Assembly: GCF_004010195.1 (NCBI RefSeq) | Contig: NC_057718.1 | Coordinates: forward strand, 1,408,346 to 1,472,345 | DNA from: Chiloscyllium plagiosum | Taxonomy: Eukaryota | Length of the DNA: 64,000 nucleotides | Reading direction: 5' to 3' | Shown: positions 49,468-62,128 of the stretch, piece after piece | Numbering within the stretch: the first letter of the stretch is position 1 | Layout: each line of letters opens with the position of its first letter | Program-made: the position numbers and the translations under genes | The notes under the pieces: generated by a model | Told to the model about the DNA's origin: nothing | Databases searched by the model: none | Seen by the model: the letters and a program-made list of their open reading frames with translations, nothing else

Positions 49468-52400
49468 AGACAATAGACAATAGGTGCAGGAGTAGGCCAT
49501 TCTGCCCTTTGAGCCTGCACTACCATTCAATATGATCATGGCTGATCATTCTTAATGAGTATCCCGTTCCTGCCTTATCTCCATAACCCTTGATTCCACT
49601 ATCCTTGAGAGCTCTATCCAACTCTTTTTTAAATTAATCCAGAGACTGGGCCTCTACTGCCCTCTGGGGCAGAGCATTCCACACAGCCACCACTCTCTGG
49701 GTGAAGAAGTTTCCCCTCATCTCTGTCCTAAATGGTCTACCCTGTATTTGTAAGCTGTGTCGTCTGGTTCGGCACTCACCCATCAGCGGAAACATGTTNN
49801 NNNNNNNNNNNNNNNNNNNNNNNNNNNNNNNNNNNNNNNNNNNNNNNNNNNNNNNNNNNNNNNNNNNNNNNNNNNNNNNNNNNNNNNNNNNNNNNNNNNN
49901 NNNNNNNNNNNNNNNNNNNNNNNNNNNNNNNNNNNNNNNNNNNNNNNNNNNNNNNNNNNNNNNNNNNNNNNNNNNNNNNNNNNNNNNNNNNNNNNNNNNN
50001 NNNNNNNNNNNNNNNNNNNNNNNNNNNNNNNNNNNNNNNNNNNNNNNNNNNNNNNNNNNNNNNNNNNNNNNNNNNNNNNNNNNNNNNNNNNNNNNNNNNN
50101 NNNNNNNNNNNNNNNNNNNNNNNNNNNNNNNNNNNNNNNNNNNNNNNNNNNNNNNNNNNNNNNNNNNNNNNNNNNNNNNNNNNNNNNNNNNNNNNNNNNN
50201 NNNNNNNNNNNNNNNNNNNNNNNNNNNNNNNNNNNNNNNNNNNNNNNNNNNNNNNNNNNNNNNNNNNNNNNNNNNNNNNNNNNNNNNNNNNNNNNNNNNN
50301 NNNNNNNNNNNNNNNNNNNNNNNNNNNNNNNNNNNNNNNNNNNNNNNNNNNNNNNNNNNNNNNNNNNNNNNNNNNNNNNNNNNNNNNNNNNNNNNNNNNN
50401 NNNNNNNNNNNNNNNNNNNNNNNNNNNNNNNNNNNNNNNNNNNNNNNNNNNNNNNNNNNNNNNNNNNNNNNNNNNNNNNNNNNNNNNNNNNNNNNNNNNN
50501 NNNNNNNNNNNNNNNNNNNNNNNNNNNNNNNNNNNNNNNNNNNNNNNNNNNNNNNNNNNNNNNNNNNNNNNNNNNNNNNNNNNNNNNNNNNNNNNNNNNN
50601 NNNNNNNNNNNNNNNNNNNNNNNNNNNNNNNNNNNNNNNNNNNNNNNNNNNNNNNNNNNNNNNNNNNNNNNNNNNNNNNNNNNNNNNNNNNNNNNNNNNN
50701 NNNNNNNNNNNNNNNNCTCCTTCAGTGCCCTGGGATGTAGACCATCAGGCCCCGGGGACTTATCAACCTTCAGACCTAAGTCTCTCTAACACCAATTCCT
50801 GGCAAATATAAATTCCCTTCAGTTCAGGTCCTTCAGCCACTGTTACCTCAGGGAGATTGCTTGTGTCTTCCCCAGTGAACCAGATCTGAAGTACCCATTC
50901 AATTCTTCTGCCATTTCTTTGTTCCCCTGTTTCTGTCTTCAAGGGCCCAATTTTAGTCTTAACCATTTTTTTGCCTTTCACATACCTGAAAAAGCTTTTA
51001 CTATCCTCCTTTATATTTTTGGCCAGTTTACCTACGTACCTCATTTTTTCTCTGCGTATTTCCTTCTTAGTAATCCTCTGTTGTTCTTTAAAAGCTTCCC
51101 AGTCATCCGTTTTCCCACTTATCTTTGCTATGTTTTACTTTTTCTCGTTTAACTTTACATGTTTCTTAACTTCCCTCGTCAGCCACGGCCACCCATGCCT
51201 CCTCCTAGGATCTTTCTTCCTTTTTGGAAAGAACTGATCCTGCATCTTCTGCATTATACACAGAAATATCTGCCATTGTTCCTCCACTGCCATCCCTGCT
51301 AAGGTATTGCACCATTGAACATTGGCCAGCTCCTCCCCCATAGTTCCATAGTTCCCTTTATTCAACTGAAATATTGTCACTTCTGATTGTACCCGCTCCT
51401 TCTCAAATTGCAGATTGAAGCTTATTGTATTATAGTCACTACTTCCCAATGGCTCCTTCACTTCGAGGTCCCTGATCAATTCTGGTTTGTGGCACAATAC
51501 CAGATCCAGAATTGCCTTCTCCCTGGTAGGCTCCAGCACCAGCTGTTCTAAGAATCCATCTCGGAGGAACTCCACAAAGTCTCTTTCTTGAGGTCCAATA
51601 CCGTCCTGATTCTCCCAGTCTACCTGTATGTTGAAATCCCCCATAACAACTGTAGTAACATCTTTGCGACAGGCCAATTTCAGCTCCTGATTTAACTTAC
51701 ATCCGACATTCAGACTACTGTTTGGGGGCCTGTAGATAACTCCCAAGAGGGACATTTTACCCTTAGTATTTCTCAGCTCTAACCATACTGACTCTACATC
51801 CCCTGATTCTAGATCCCCCCGCGCAAGGGACTGAATATCATCCCTTACCAACATGGCCACCCCACCCCCTCTGCCCGTCAGTCTGTCCTTACGATAGCAC
51901 ATGTAGCCTTGAATATTCATTTCCCAGGCCCTGTTCACTTGAAGCCACGTCTCAGTTATCCCCACAATATCGTACCTGCCAATTTCCAAAAGAGCCTCAA
52001 GCTAATCTATCTTATTTCTAATGCTTCGTGCATTCATGTATAGTATTTTTAATTTGTTACTGCCCTCACCCTTCCCATCAACNNNNNNNNNNNNNNNNNN
52101 NNNNNNNNNNNNNNNNNNNNNNNNNNNNNNNNNNNNNNNNNNNNNNNNNNNNNNNNNNNNNNNNNNNNNNNNNNNNNNNNNNNNNNNNNNNNNNNNNNNN
52201 NNNNNNNNNNNNNNNNNNNNNNNNNNNNNNNNNNNNNNNNNNNNNNNNNNNNNNNNNNNNNNNNNNNNNNNNNNNNNNNNNNNNNNNNNNNNNNNNNNNN
52301 NNNNNNNNNNNNNNNNNNNNNNNNNNNNNNNNNNNNNNNNNNNNNNNNNNNNNNNNNNNNNNNNNNNNNNNNNNNNNNNNNNNNNNNNNNNNNNNNNNNN

Positions 52401-53020
52401 NNNNNNNNNNNNNNNNNNNNNNNNNNNNNNNNNNNNNNNNNNNNNNCCACCTCTGGCCCTTCATCCTTGAGGATTTCCTGCACTCTGTCTGTGATGTCTT
52501 TAACCCTGGCACCAGGAAGGCAACACACCATCCTTAAGTCCCACCTGCTGCCACAAAAAACCCAGTCAGTTCCTCTCACTATGGAGTCCCCTATTACCAC
52601 GGCTCTGTGCGATGTCTGACTCCTCCGCTCTGTCTTCATGCCAACTTTTGATTTACAGGTCTGGCTGCCTCGCGGACTGGCAGTGTCATCTGTCTCTACT
52701 GTTTCCAAAAGATTCAACTTGTTCCTGACAGGTACTTCCCCCGGGGTCTTTTGCACCTGTCTCCTCTCTGCCTTCCTCATCGTCTGCTCTCTTCTGGTAT
52801 GGTCGGTGTAATAACCTCACTGAAGGTCCTGTCTAGAAAGATCTCGTTCTCTCGGATGAGCCTAAGGTCCTCGAGTTCTTTCATCAGTACTGCAATATGC
52901 TCTGTCAGTAGCTGAACATGCACACACTTTGCACACTTATACAAGCCAGACACACCAGAGTCGTTGACCTCCCACATCAAGCATGTAGCACACTGAACCA
53001 GCTTGGCAGTCATGTCTTCA
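49468..53020 (-). mobile_element. Near full-length CR1 LINE: ORF1 (Cys zinc finger plus SGNH esterase), ORF2 endonuclease, 3' tail; spans two gaps
   Basis: MTAKLVQCATCLMWE...CAKC; VVIGDSIVRGTD...VCCLPGARVKD; DIVGITETW, VIYRPP, MGDFN, LDLVL, GSSDYN; (CTATTGT)n tail near 49470. Confidence 0.92.
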
Positions 53021-53099
53021 CCCTCTTCAACTGTGGCGTAATCACTTCACTCAACCTCCTTGAGCCTGGTGAATCTTCTCTGAATTGCATCCAATGCAA

Positions 53100-53780
53100 G
53101 TACATCCTTGTGCACAACACTTTATACCACAGAATTCTGCAATCTCTCTTCCTCCCCCCTCACCACTGTCCAAGGCCTCAAAGGTGCCTTCCACATCCAT
53201 CAGTTTTACCTGCACTTCCACACATATCACTTACTGCATCCAATTCAGAGAACTCTTTGGGACACCCACACCAACCAACCCCACCGTCCCGTGGCCAAAC
53301 ACTTCAACTCACCCTCCAAAGCCGCCAAGGACATGCAGGTCCTGAGCCTCGTCTATTGCCACACCTTAACCACCCGAGGACACCTGGAGGAAGAATGCCT
53401 CATCTTACGCCTTGAGACCCTCCAACCCCATGATATTGATGTGGATTTCACCAGTTTCTTCATTCCCCTCTCCCCACCTTATCCCAGATCCAATCTTGGA
53501 ACTCAGCACAGCCCTCATGACCTGTCCTACCTGTCCATCTTCCTTCCCATCTATCCGCTCCACCCTCCTCTCTGACCTATCACCATTACCCCCACCTTCA
53601 TCTACCTAGCACACTCTCAGCTACCTTCCCTCCAGCTCCATCCCTCCTCCCATTTATTTTTCCACCCCCCCCTTGGCTCACAAGCCTCATTCCTGATGAA
53701 GGGCCTTTGCCCGAAACGTTGATTCTCCCGCTAATTGGGTCTTGCCTGACCTGCTGTGCTTTTCCAGTACCACACTCTTG
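53100..53780 (+). mobile_element. Penelope-like retroelement 3' fragment (GIY-YIG region plus pLTR with hammerhead motif)
   Basis: FTCTSTHITYCI, PVAKHFNSPS and LEEECLILRLETLQPHDIDVDF; CTGATGA-A-GGGC-CTTT-GCCC-GAAACGTT at 53693-53720. Confidence 0.85.
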
Positions 53781-53844
53781 ACCTGTTTCTCCACAGATAC
53801 TGCCAGACCTGCCAAGTTTTTCAGCAATTTCTGTTCTTGTTTGA

Positions 53845-56100
53845 AGTAATATGTCACTTTTCTATTCTTTTTGTCAAAATGGAAAACCTCATATTTTCCC
53901 ACATTAAACTCCATCTTCCAAATATTTTTTCCACTCATTTACCTTTACACTTAAATGCCTTTTCAGACTCTTTGTATCACCATCCCTGCAACACAACCAT
54001 CACCCCCCACTTGCTTTCCTATCTATCAATGCATCATTAACAAATTTGACTACAGTATAGTCTGTTCCTGCATCCAAGTTATTCGCATAATTTGTCAGTT
54101 GTTCAGGCCACAGTACTATCCCTGGTGGCACTTCACTTGTTAGTTTACCGTGCTGAAAATGATCAATTTATCACAACGCTGTTTTCTATTACTTGGATAA
54201 TCCTTTATCAAGATACTTTATCACTCTCACCAACATGAGCTCTTGCATTGTTCAGTAATCTTTTCTGTGGGATCTTAGCAAATGTCTTTTGGAAATTCAA
54301 ATACGCCACAACTACTAGTTCCTTTTCATTCACCCTACCTGTTAGATTGTCAAAGAACTCTGACAAATTTGTCAGATATGGTTTTACTTTTAGAAAACCA
54401 TATTGACATGGTTTGATTGTATTATGATTTTCATAATATTTGTCTGTAGCTTTTAGAATGGATTCGAGCATTTTCCCAAAGACTGATGTTAGACTAACTG
54501 ATCCACTGTTTCCTGCTTTTGGTTTATTCTTGAATATATTTTCAAATCTGTTTGGCCCTGTCCAGAATATGGGGAATTTTGTCATGTATCCATCATCACT
54601 GCAGCAATTTCTTTAAGAGTTGAGATATCATGTTAAGGTTGTACAGGACTTTAGTGAGGCCTCTTCTGGAGTGCTGTATCTAGTTCTGGCCACCCTGTTA
54701 TAGGAAAGACATCATTAAGCTGGAGAGGGTTCAGAAAAGATTGGCAAGTATGTTGTCAGGAATGGAGGATTTGAATTATAAAAATTGGCTGGTTAGGTGG
54801 GACTTTATTCACTGGCGTGTAGGAGGTTGAGGGGGGACCTTATACAGGTTTATAAAAATCATGATTTGATTTGATTTATTGTAGTCACATGTACCTAAGT
54901 ACAGTGAAAAGCTTTGTTTTGTGAGCAGTACAGGCAGATCATAGCAAACGAGAACATACGGATCAAAGGGTGCTTAGACAGAGTGAGGCATACAGGTTAC
55001 AACAGGATGTACGCAAAGCAAGATCAACATTATTTGAATTTAGACTGTCCATTCAGCAGTCTCATGTCGGCAGGGAATAAGTTATTCTTGAACCTTTTGG
55101 GGTGTGTTCAAGCTTCTGTATTTTCTGCTTAAACAGATGCGGTTGTAGGAGAGTATTACCAGGGTGGGAGGGGTCTTTGAAGATGTTGTCAGCCTTTCCA
55201 CAGCAACAAGAGGTGTAAATGGAGTCCATGGATTGGGTGTTAGTATCCAAGATAGTCTGGGCAGTTGCTGTACCAGGCCATTATGCACCCAGCTAACATG
55301 CTTACTATTGTGAACCTGTAAAGGTTGGTGGGGGTCCTTATAGACACGCCAAATATCTTAAGCTACTTGAGGGAGAAAAGGCATTGTTGTGTCTTCTTGT
55401 GGCCAGGACAGGTTGTCAGTTATCATCACTCCTAGTAACGTGATGCTCTTGACTCTCTTCACCTCAGCTCCATTGATGTAGATAGGGCGCAATCTCGTCC
55501 TTTCTTCCTGAAGTCAATGATCAGTTTTTTTGTTTTGCAGACATTGCGAGAGACGTTGTTATTACTGCACTACAACACCAAGCCCTCTATCTCCTCCTTG
55601 TATTCTGACTCATCGTTATTTGTTATCTGTCCTACCACGGTGGTTTTGTTAGCAAATTTGCAGATGGCAGTTGTTCGGAATTTGGCTACACAGTCTTAGT
55701 GTACAGTGAGTATGGTAGGGTGTTAAGAACACATCCCTGGGGGGGCCTCAGTACTGAGAGTTATCATGGAGGAGGTGCAGTTGCTTATCTTAACTGAGGG
55801 ACATAGATAAGGTGAATATCAAGGGTCTTTTCCCTGGAGTGAGGGATATTTTTAAAGTGAGAGGAGAAAGATTTTAAAAAGACATGAGGGCAACCTTTTT
55901 CCACAGACAGTGGTTCATGCATGGAATGAACAGAGGAAGTAATGGATGCAGGTACACTTACAGCATTTTAAAAACATTTGGCTAAGTACATGAATAGGAA
56001 ATCTTTGGGGGATATAGGCCAGGCGCAGGCAGGTGGGACTCGTTTAGTTTGGGATGATGGTCAGTATGGACTGGTTGTACTCAAGGGTCTTTCTTCAAGT
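53845..56100. mobile_element. CR1 fragments (minus 53845-54600; plus 54620-56100) with a nested minus-strand LINE 3' end at 54862-55795
   Basis: CR1 RT motifs; the nested element ends in AATAAA-(TCAAA)n on the minus strand. Confidence 0.7.
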
Positions 56101-56913
56101 TATTTGATGCTATCAGACCCCGCGGTGGTTTTCTAACAAAAGGTATAATGGGATCACTCAAATCTTTATACATTAGTTGCTGGTTGATTTCTTTTGGCTG
56201 AACCAATGTTTGGTGTTTAACTTGCTTTGTTCAAATTACTGAGTTGATATGGGGTGGAGTGGCAGGTGCCGTAGGACCATGACAGCAAATCTTCTGCGCA
56301 AACTAGTTTCTCTAAATATGCTTAGGATGTAATGAGTGCGGAAGAATGAACAGAAGTTACGCACAGCAGTACAAGACATTAGAAGACAAAACAGGACAAA
56401 TGGAACTCCCAGTAGAATTCCTAAACTGCCTAGCTCTATTTAACCTCAACAACAAATAATAAATGAGTTATACACAAAAATAAAGCAAAGAACTGCAGAT
56501 GTTGAAACAAAAATAGACATTTCTGGAGAAACACAGTAGGTCTGGCAGTATCTGTGGAGAGAAAGCACAGTTAAAGTTCAAGTCCAGTGACCCTGCTTCA
56601 GAACTCAATAAATGAGTCATCTATGTTAGAATGAAGACAGGATCATTATAGGGTCCCGAATAGCATGGAGTAGACGAGAAATGCGACAGAATCATGCAAG
56701 AAGTCCAGTGAGGCTCATTTCAATGTTGGGAACAACTCGCTGCATCTTTTCCAGGTATCAAGTTAAGATTCTTATTATGCTGTGGCAAGTTACCTTTAAA
56801 GGGGCAATTATTGCTTGTTGATGACCTTAATATCTGCAGTTTCAGCTCATTAATGCAGCTTTCTATTTCACCATTTGCCATGGAGAAATCTAGATCCTGA
56901 GAATTCTTAATTA

Positions 56914-57110
56914 GAGACAAAAAGACTGCTGATGCTGGAATCCAAAGCAGACAAGCAGGAAGCTGGAGGAACACAGCAAGCCAGGCAGCATCATGAGGTA
57001 GAGAAGTCAACATTTCAGATATAACCGATCATCAGGGTTATACCCAAAACTTCTCCACTTCCTGATGCTGCTTGGCTTGCTGTGCTCTTCTAGCCTCCTG
57101 CTTGTCTGCC
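56914..57110. mobile_element. Fold-back Penelope-like terminus (diverged subfamily)
   Basis: Inverted arms GCAGACAAGCAGGA...TCCTGCTTGTCTGC; GAGAATTCTT direct repeats at 56899-56908 and 57111-57120; hammerhead core decayed. Confidence 0.7.
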
Positions 57111-57399
57111 GAGAATTCTTGACATGAAGCTCAAAACAAATACCTGGTGACCAGCTCACTGCTGTCTGCCAAGAGCCTTCATGTTGGTCAACACACAACC
57201 CATGCCATAGAAACATTTAAGCAAACAAATTGGGAGGAATAAGTCATTCGGTCCTTTGAACCAGCTCTGCCATTGGATATGATCATGAATGATCATTCAA
57301 CTTGGTATCCTATTCCCAAACCCCCGCAGATACTTTGATCTCATTAGCCCAAGAACTATATCTAAGTCTTTCTTTAAAAGATTCAACATTTTGGCTTCA

Positions 57400-57778
57400 G
57401 GATAGGTTTGCTCGCTGAGCTGGGAAGTTCATTTTCAGATGGATCGTCACCATAACATCTTCAGTGAGCCTCGGGACAAAGCACTGCTAGTGTTTCCTGC
57501 TTTCTATTTATATGTTTTGGTTTTCTTGGGTTTCCTTGGGTTGGTGATGTCATTTCCTGTGGTGACATTATTTCCTTTGACAGTGTCATTTCCTGTTTTT
57601 TTCTCAGGGGGTGGTAAACGGGGTCCAAGTCAATGTGTTTGTTGTTTACAGTTCCAGTTGGAATGCCATGCTTCCAGGAATTCTCTTGTGTGGCTCTGTT
57701 TGGCTTGTCCTAGGATGACCTGGATGTCCTACATCCAGAAGCTCAACCTGAGCTAAAAAACTTCTCAAAACCTGCTAA
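57400..57778 (-). mobile_element. Penelope-like 3' fragment, same family as 22122-22515
   Basis: Minus strand reads ILGQAKQSHTREFLEAWHSNWN (end of a GIY-YIG-type ORF); terminal sequence shared with 22122-22515; ATTTTGGC.TCA direct repeats. Confidence 0.7.
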
Positions 57779-57829
57779 TTTTGGCCTCAAACACATTCTG
57801 GGACAGACAGTTTCACATGCTCACCACTT

Positions 57830-59120
57830 CCTGCACCAACGACATAGGTAGGAAGAGAGGTGGGGAGGTCATTCAAGAGCTCAGGGAGTTAGGCTGGAAG
57901 CTGAAAGCTAGGACAGACAGAGTCGTCATCTCTGGGTTGTTGCCGGTTCCACATGACAGTGATGCAAGGAATAGGGAGAGAGTGTAGTTGAACACGTGGC
58001 TGCAAGGATGGTGTAGGAGGGAGGGCTTCAGGTATTTGGACAATTGGACTGCATTCTGGGGAAGGTGGGACCTGTACAAGCAGGACGGGTTGCACCTGAA
58101 CCAGAAGGGCACCAATATCCTGGGAGGTAGGTTTGCTAGCACTCTTCGGGGGGGTTTAAACTAATTTGGCAGGGGGATGGGATACGGACTTGTAGTCCAG
58201 CAATCCCTTTAGGGAGGGATCCAAAGATTCAGCTCACACTATCACTGGGGTGATGGTGGAATTGTTGCTTTTGGAGTCATATGTATGTACCGGTCAGACA
58301 GGAAAGAAATGGTCGTGTGAGGGAACCTTGGTTGACGAGGGAGGCAGATGGAGTTCAACCCTGCCAAGTGTGAGGTTGTCCATTTTGGAAAGACAAATAA
58401 GAATAGACAAATAAGAATGCGGAATACAGGGTTAACGGTAGGGTTCTTAGTGTGGTGGAGGAGCAGAGGAATCTTGGGGTCTATGTTCATAGGTCTTTGA
58501 AAGTTGCCATTCAGGTGAATAGAGCTTGTAAGAAGGCCTATGGTGTATTAGCGTTCATTAGCAGAGGGATTGAATTCAAGAGTCGTGAAGTGATGTTGCA
58601 ACTGTACAGGACTTTGGTTAGGCCACATTTGGAGTACTGTGTGCAGTTCTGGTCGCCTCACTTCAGGAAAGATGTGGAAGCTTTGGAGAGGGTGCAGAGA
58701 AGATTTACCAGGATGTTGCCTGGAATGGAGAATAGGTCGTACGAGGATAGGTTGAGAGTGCTAGGCCTTTTCTCACTGGAACAGTGAAGGATGAGGGGTG
58801 ACTTGATAGAGGTGTATAAGATGATCAGAGGAATAGATAGAGTAGACAGTCAGAAACGTTTTCCCCGGGTACAAGAGTGTTACAAGGGGACATAAATTTA
58901 AGGTGAAGGGTGGAAGGTATAGGGGAGATGTCAGGGGTGGGTTCTTTACCCAGAGAGTGGCGGGGGCATGGACTGCGCTGCCTGTGGGAGTGGTAGAGTC
59001 AGAATCTTTGGTGACCTTTAAGCGGCAATTGGATAGGTACATGGATGGGTGCTTAAGCTAGGACAAATGTTCGGCACAACATCGTGGGCCGAAGGGCCTG
59101 TTCTGTGCTGTATTGTTCTA
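57830..59120 (+). mobile_element. CR1 ORF1 esterase C-terminus (57830-58200) and a young CR1 ORF2 3' end (58340-59120)
   Basis: RVVISGLLPVP and DGLHLNQKGT; LYRTLVRPHLEYCVQFWSPHFRKDVEALERVQRRF. Confidence 0.9.
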
Positions 59121-62088
59121 TAAAGATGAAACTTCTCCCCAACTAAATGGCCTAACTTGCCAAAATAGCCTTTACTCTTCACAAACATTGTTATCTAACA
59201 TACGCCAGTGTCTAAGAGCCCTCATGGCACATCTCTGATCCACTGGCAGGGCACATTTGTACTTTAATGTTATTATAATGCTGCAGCAAGGACATTTTGC
59301 ACTCAGGGACATGCATCTAGCTCATGGACTGGTCCAAGTTAAACCTTTGGGCACTTTGCTCACTATTTTAATTCTCACTCTCTTTAAGCTTGCCTGGATT
59401 CTCACAGTATCCCTGTCTTGCCTTGCCCTCTGTCACAGATACCAGATTCACAGCATCACTATTGTCTTCCTTCAGACACAAAGCCAGTCCTCAATCATGC
59501 CAAAGGAGACACTCTCTGGTCAAGGGCTCTCTGCACAGTAAATTGAAGTCAGCCTCTGATATCAATCCTGGCTTGGACATGGTCAATCAGCTGCTCAGAT
59601 CTGTCAGAATCAGAATTCTCTCTTCATAAGGGATAAGGAGCCAAATGCTGTGTGGCCCTAGCTTGACTCAATCTGCCTTATTGGGGGCTGCTTTACTCCT
59701 GAAATGTGAGAAAGGGAGTTATTAACAGAGATGAAAATTGTTGGCTCAGCTGCTATGTTTGGTGCAGATGGTAAGGTATGCCAAGTAAGTGAGTAGGCAG
59801 TGCTGACAGCATGCAGGGTTGGGGTTGTAAGTTGTTGTGGTGGGTGAGAATGAATGAGGGAAGATGTTGCAGACAACAGGGATAGAGTATGAGTCTTGGT
59901 GAAGGTGGGTACAGTAGCAGAGACTGAGTGAGTGTGAGGTATCAGAGGGAAGATGGCCATTGACTTTCTTCCAATATTTGCAATTCATCAGCTGGCTGAG
60001 ACTGTATTGATCAAGGTCTGGTGTCATGGCCTCTTTTGCATGTCCTAGTGGAAAAGGACATAAAGCAAGGTACCAACTTTCCTTTCTCTATCATATCTGG
60101 GACGAATGTCAGGAACTGTACAGAACTAACAGTTCTGGTTAAGATGCACAATTTTATTTAGAAGAAGGCACCATTGCCAGGGATAGCTTTTTTTATGTTT
60201 GTCTTTTTTTTTAATTCATCATGACATGTGGGTCTCACTGGCTAGGCCAGCATTTATTGTCTATCATTAGTAGCCCATTGAGAAGGTGGTAGTGAGCTGC
60301 CTTCTTGAACTGCTGCAGTCCATGTTCTGTAGTACACCACAATACCATTATGGAGGGAGTTCCAGGATTTTGAACCAGCGACAGTGAAGAAATGATAAAA
60401 TATTTCCAAGTCGGGTGAGTGGCTTGGAGGGAAATTTGCAGGAATGGTTCCCATCTATTTACTGCCTTTGTCGTTCCAGATGGAAATAGTGGTGGGTTTG
60501 AAAGGTGCTGTTTAAGGAGCGTTGATGAACTTCTGCAGTGCACTTTGTGGTTGGTGCAACTGCTGCTACGGTGACAGTGGCAGGTTGATCTAGGTACTGT
60601 GAGTGTAGAATGAGGCTAGAATCGGCCGTGAGGGCACTTAGCAGTGGGATAGGGAGTTAAGGCTTTGGTAAGGTGGGGTGAAAGGGAGACTTGTCGAAAG
60701 TCTCCTTGAAACTCAACAAAACTGACAGAGCCAAAATAATTCAGCCCATTAACATTGACTCTGCCACCAGTTGGCTACAATAATAACACATTAAACGTTG
60801 GAATTTACAATCAAATTCATAAATGAAACAATGCCAGTTTTCATAAAAATTAATTATCCTTGAGCCAACACCTCACTCAATTGACCATTCTTCAGACATC
60901 AACCTAGAGATGAAGCGGGCTTGTCGAGTGTGTACTGCATCACAGATCAGCCTAAATATAGCCCTCACCTACACACTTTTCATGAGTCTCTGGATAGTGT
61001 TCAGGACCAGTAACCCTCACAGAGGATACCTGAGTAAACCATGATAGCCCTCAAGCCCATGCTGGCTCAAATCAACTAGACATGGCTCATCTCCATGCTG
61101 GGTTTGTGAGGAATCTGTTACTGCAGCTCTGACTTTGAGCACTAACACTGTGCTGCCAACTGTATACATATGATGTAATTCAGCAGACATGAGCCATTGC
61201 AGCTACCATACAAACAGATTGTAAAAATACTTCAAATACAGCATTCATCATAAAACTTAATAGATTGGAGCTCTACAAAACAAGAATAATATTTCATTCA
61301 ACAAACAATATGATTATCAAAAGGCTTTTTAAATATACTGGCTTATTTTTCAGTTTTGTTTTATTAACATCAGGTCTGCAGTCTCAAAAGATTAATAGTT
61401 CAAACCTTACCGTACATCTTACAGCAGATTATACCATCTCTCCCTCATTTCCAGGCATCTGAAAGAATTTAATCTTTCCAAGAAATGATCGATACAGTTT
61501 ATCCTAACTCCTGTATGACGCTAGCAATGGTCTTGATGAATTCTCAATGACAGACATACAGAGACATTTCATTCACTACAGTCAACAAGGGATGAATGAA
61601 GGAGGAATCATTGATCCAGTGGTATTCCTTTCTTCCTCTCTGGGGACGAGTGTATTAAGACTCTCAGTCCTTGATACAATGCTTCGGCTCTGCATGCATT
61701 ACATCAGCAGCTTTTTCTTGGCAGAGACACAGCTTATTAGATTGGGGGGGGGGGGGGGTAGGTGGTGAATTCTCAGTGCAGTTAAAACATATTTCACATC
61801 GGGAATTAACACAGAGAAGAATGCCATTAATCAAATCCGTAGCAGTGGCATTGTTGCCTGTTTTATCCATAAAATATCTTCCACCATTTATCCAAAATCT
61901 GATCTGAATGCCTTGCACTGTGGATGATAGAGACTGTCTAATGCTGTTATTTACAGTAAACGACAGTCCCCTCCACTGTCACGATCATACTCTCTAATGT
62001 ATGAGAGACTATGAGCGAATGAGGAAGTTAAGAGGCAGCTGTCAGCAGGACAGAGATTTCAAAATACTTGTTATGTTTAAATACTTAC

Positions 62089-62128
62089 CATTTCCAACAT
62101 GGTGGTCAGCGATTCCACAGCAGTCCAT
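62089..62128 (-). CDS. Candidate (alternative) first coding exon of EFR3B
   Basis: ATG GAC TGC TGT GGA ATC GCT GAC CAC CAT GTT GGA AAT G|GTAAGT: 40 nt, phase 1, in frame with exon 2, in apparently non-repetitive DNA, with an in-frame upstream TGA. No homology support. Confidence 0.3.
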
